64,000 nt of DNA from Caecitellus pseudoparvulus (taxonomy: Eukaryota; Protista; Bigyra: Bicosoecida), in assembly GCA_965644315.1 (NCBI GenBank), contig CBFFRQ010000032.1, positions 186,001 through 250,000 on the forward strand, in the 5' to 3' direction. The translations under genes and the position numbers were made by a program. Numbering within the stretch: the stretch's first letter is position 1; every line of letters begins with the position of its first letter. Under the pieces are notes generated by a model. That model ran no database searches, was not told the DNA's origin, and saw nothing but the letters and a program-made list of their open reading frames with translations. Shown in pieces: positions 61,001-64,000 of the stretch.

Positions 61001-61743
61001 TCTCGGAGCGGGGCTGCCTGAGCCTGGGGCGCCGCTTGCGGGAGACGTCCACCAGGGGCTTGCTCTTGGGAGAGTCTCCTGTCGGTGAGGGGGGCGATGC
61101 GTCCACCAAGGCAGGAGCTGCCTCGTCCCCGCCGTCCACGACAGGCGCGTAGCCAGACACGCCAGCCGGCAGGGGGCCTCTACCGCTCATCGCCGCCTCC
61201 TCTCCCAGGGAAGCCATCATACCTGAGGCAGTACTGGTAGGTGACATCATGTGTGGCCCCGCACCGTGCCGGCGTCGTTGGCGGTGCTTCTGGCGAGGCA
61301 TACGCGTCGCTGTGATGTGCGGCCTCCTGCGCACTGGGTCGCTGTGCGACGCAGCTTGCTGTGCTCCACCGTCCCTGCCTGATGCAGCAGTCGCTGCCTG
61401 CATGGCATCAAGCTGGGCTTGCAGTTCTTCCACAGTCAAATCTTCCAGGGCCGACGGCTCGGTCAAATCAAGCACGGCCTGGGCGTGGCCCTCCACAGAC
61501 CTGTGAGGAAGAAAAACCGAAGCTGTTGGCAACTGCTTGTGCAGGGGCAGGAGCGCCTTCTGCGACAAGCCTGGTGTCGCAAGCAAGTGGACAACGTAGG
61601 CGTTAGCACTGCCACAGTACTGCAGCCAGCACTGCGGCACTCTGCCGCGTGTGACCTGGCACACAGAGCCGAACCACACAGCCCAACTGGCCGGCAACAT
61701 GCGTGACACCTCAACGCAGGCGCGCGCACCTTGCAGAACTCAT
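58047..61743 (-). CDS. Disordered Pro/Ala/Arg-rich protein with a Trp-motif repeat array; predicted intron 61501-61729
   Basis: ATG 61743 (MSSAR|SVEGHAQ) splices in frame into the long ORF. Contains KPFKASPLP, 12 ADVP(S/L)WMQEA repeats and an acidic tail ending EEWF. Confidence 0.7.
58553..59550 (-). repeat. Coding minisatellite: 12 copies of ADVP(S/L)WMQEAS separated by variable (PA)n hexamer runs
   Basis: + strand unit CTTGCCTCCTGCATCCAC(A/G)ATGGCACATCAGCTGCT followed by (GGTGCT)n. Confidence 0.95.
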
Positions 61744-62260
61744 TGTCGCCTAAATTCGGTGTATAAATCAGAGAAACCGCTGTTCTTCGCAAGAATGGCT
61801 TCGTGAGGGCTGCTGTGACGCCGGGCGAAGCCAAGCAGATGTGCGGAGTTTCCGAGCGCGTTTCACACTCGCCGCACAGCACAGCGAAGAGCAAACGAAC
61901 GGAGCATGGAAGGCGTAGGTTCGTGCAAGTACCCGCACCTTTCAACGGTTTTCATTACGAAATTGGTCCAACAACGCGACTGCTGTGACCCTGCACAGTG
62001 CAAGCCCTTGTCGCAGGGGCGGTGGTGGTGTGAGCAGCTGGCCGAGCAAGGCCAAAGCGAGCAATCTGCCTGGTTGCGCAAAATACTTCACATACTCTTC
62101 TCGATACTTGGTGCGCAGTCTTACAAACTCAGCAGGCCTCCTGTAGCTGGCTATTGCCCTGCCTCTACTTTCCGAGCCCCCCTCTGCGCGTGCTGCACAA
62201 ACCAGCAGCAGGCAACACCACGCCGCTGCCGTAACCGCCTTCCACAAGCGCGCCAACACA

Positions 62261-64000
62261 ATGGCGACTGAAGGCGGCGACCTGACAGCCGTCTCCGAGG
62301 CACGCATAGAGCAGGCGGTCCGAGACGATGGCTACTTCCACGCCACCTACCACACCGCGCGGCAAGATTTCCTCGCCGCAGCACAGACCGTGCCACACTG
62401 CCGCACACTCAGCCTGCGCATTGGGGAGGAGGAGGACTTGCGGTGAGTGCACTGGGCAGGCCCAGGACGCAGTGCCCAGTAGAAGCACACATTCACCCTT
62501 CTTGTCCTGCCTCGTCGCTCCCAGGGGCCCGTTCGGGGAGGAGCTGTGCATCACGCTGGCGATTGTGCGGTCGCCGGACGACGAGGAGGAGCCAGCGCAG
62601 CCCTCTGCCGTATTCCTGCACACCAGCGGGCTGCACGGCGTTGAGGGCTATGCGGGCTCAGCCATTCAGATCAAGATGCTGCAGGAGTGGGACTCCCTCG
62701 GCCCCAAGCTGTCAGCAGGCCAGCTGCTCGTGGTGGCGCACGCAGTGAACCCGTTCGGCATGGCGTGGCGATCTCGCTTTGACCAGGGGAACAGGGACCT
62801 CAACCGCAACGGGCTGAATGTGCGGGGCACTGCGGAGGAAGACAGCGCTCGCTTCGCGGCGTTGAAGGCAGAGGGGAACCCTGACTATGACACCTTCAGC
62901 GACGTCATCAACCCGACGACCATCGGCTGCTGCGACTGCTTCCCGCTCCGGGCAGCTTGCCTGCTTGCAGTGCACGGCATGGACCGCATGAAGCGGGCCA
63001 CTGCCACGGGGCAGTACGACAATGCTGCTGGCATTTTCTTTGGCGGCTTCTCCCTCGCTGAGAGCTACACGTCCCTGCTGCAGACGCTCGTGGCTCTGGG
63101 CGTGAACCGCGAGAACCCAAACCTGACCCGCTTCGCTCACGTGGACGTGCACACTGGCCTCGGGCAGCCAGGCGTGGCGTCGCTACTGGCGCCCGCGGGC
63201 CAGCCAGTCGGGCTCATTCGTAGCATTGCCGGCGTCGCGGGGGAGGCCCGGCGCACGCAGGACGGCACTGCCCTTCTCGTGCAAGGCAACAGCACTGCCG
63301 GCGTGGCATACCCCATGCAGGGGACGCTGGTGTGTGCCGTCGCGTCCCTGTTGGGCCCACAACACCCTGCCCTGTTCTCGGGGCTGACTCCGGGCACTGA
63401 AGGGGTGGATGGCTGGGAGGAGTGGGTGCGTGCGGAGGCCGCGGCGGCAGAGCCGACCCAAGCCCCTCTGGAGGGGGTGCCGGGGGCTCCTTCGGGTGCA
63501 GCCTCCACCCCTCCTGCCGAGGACGCCGAGGGGAAGGCAGATCCCCCCCAAGCTTCCCCTGTGGATGATTCGGATGTGACGCCAGTCATGCCGAACCCAG
63601 GGGATGCAGCAGCCGCTGCGCCAGGGGCCAGCGACGCGTCGCCCCCAGCTGCTGTCGAGCCCCCCAGCGCAGGGCAGGCCAAGACGCACGAATCGTCCCC
63701 TGCGAGGCATGTGGAGGGTGCCCCGACTCCCCCGCCTGGCACGCCGGCTGTGAAGCTGTTCTTCGCGCAGGAATTCGGCACCGTGCCGCCGGCGGAAGTG
63801 GTGCAGGCACTGCGCGCCTTGAACTGTGTGACTCGCGGCACACAGGAGCCGCTGCCCATCACGGCGCCTGAGCGCACGGCAGTGTTCAAGGCCTTCTTCG
63901 TCAGCACGCCTGAGTGGAAGGAGGCCATCCTGCGGCAGGGCGTGCAGGCATTCCAGCAGTTCGCGACGGCCACCTTTTCCCACACGGGCGAGGAGGGCCT
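62261..64000 (+). CDS. DUF2817 / M14-like zinc peptidase (runs off the window); intron 62443-62524
   Basis: YFHATYHTARQDFLAAA, TSGLHGVEGYAGSAIQ (HxxE), HAVNPFG...R....NRDLNRN, VDVHTGLG and QEFGT motifs. The main exon is absent from the ORF track because it has no stop in the window. Confidence 0.82.

Noticed and set aside
1-64000. Hundreds of 60-400 aa overlapping ORFs; tRNA and rRNA genes
   Set aside because: The ORFs are expected shadows in GC-rich coding DNA. No tRNA or rRNA signature was seen, though a covariance-model scan was not possible.

Overview
Gene-dense, GC-rich eukaryotic nuclear DNA with short GT-AG introns (mostly 65-106 nt) and very short intergenic gaps. BBS5 implies a flagellated cell; a heterotrophic stramenopile-like protist is my inference, not a demonstrated assignment. 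Recognisable genes are MPS1/TTK, a RAP-domain protein, a divergent ATG2, RagC/D, a ~4,070-aa adhesion-type multi-TM surface protein, a head-to-head pair of secreted carboxylesterases, an OPR/FASTK-like protein, CLP1, a TMX-type thioredoxin, BBS5 and a DUF2817 peptidase, plus ankyrin-type and orphan low-complexity proteins. The main discovery is a 3,426-bp transposase-free element (54562-57987) with 20-bp TIRs and an exact 8-bp TSD, typical of hAT transposons, inserted just upstream of BBS5. It carries a 3' fragment resembling UTP20 and an intact intron-bearing gene with a helical N-terminus, a probable pseudokinase and near-identical ankyrin repeats that vary at a few positions, which looks like a mobilised immune-receptor-like gene. 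A second highlight is a WASP/WAVE-like WH2-central-acidic tail on the MPS1 kinase. All protein assignments come from motif recognition by eye; no database searches were run.
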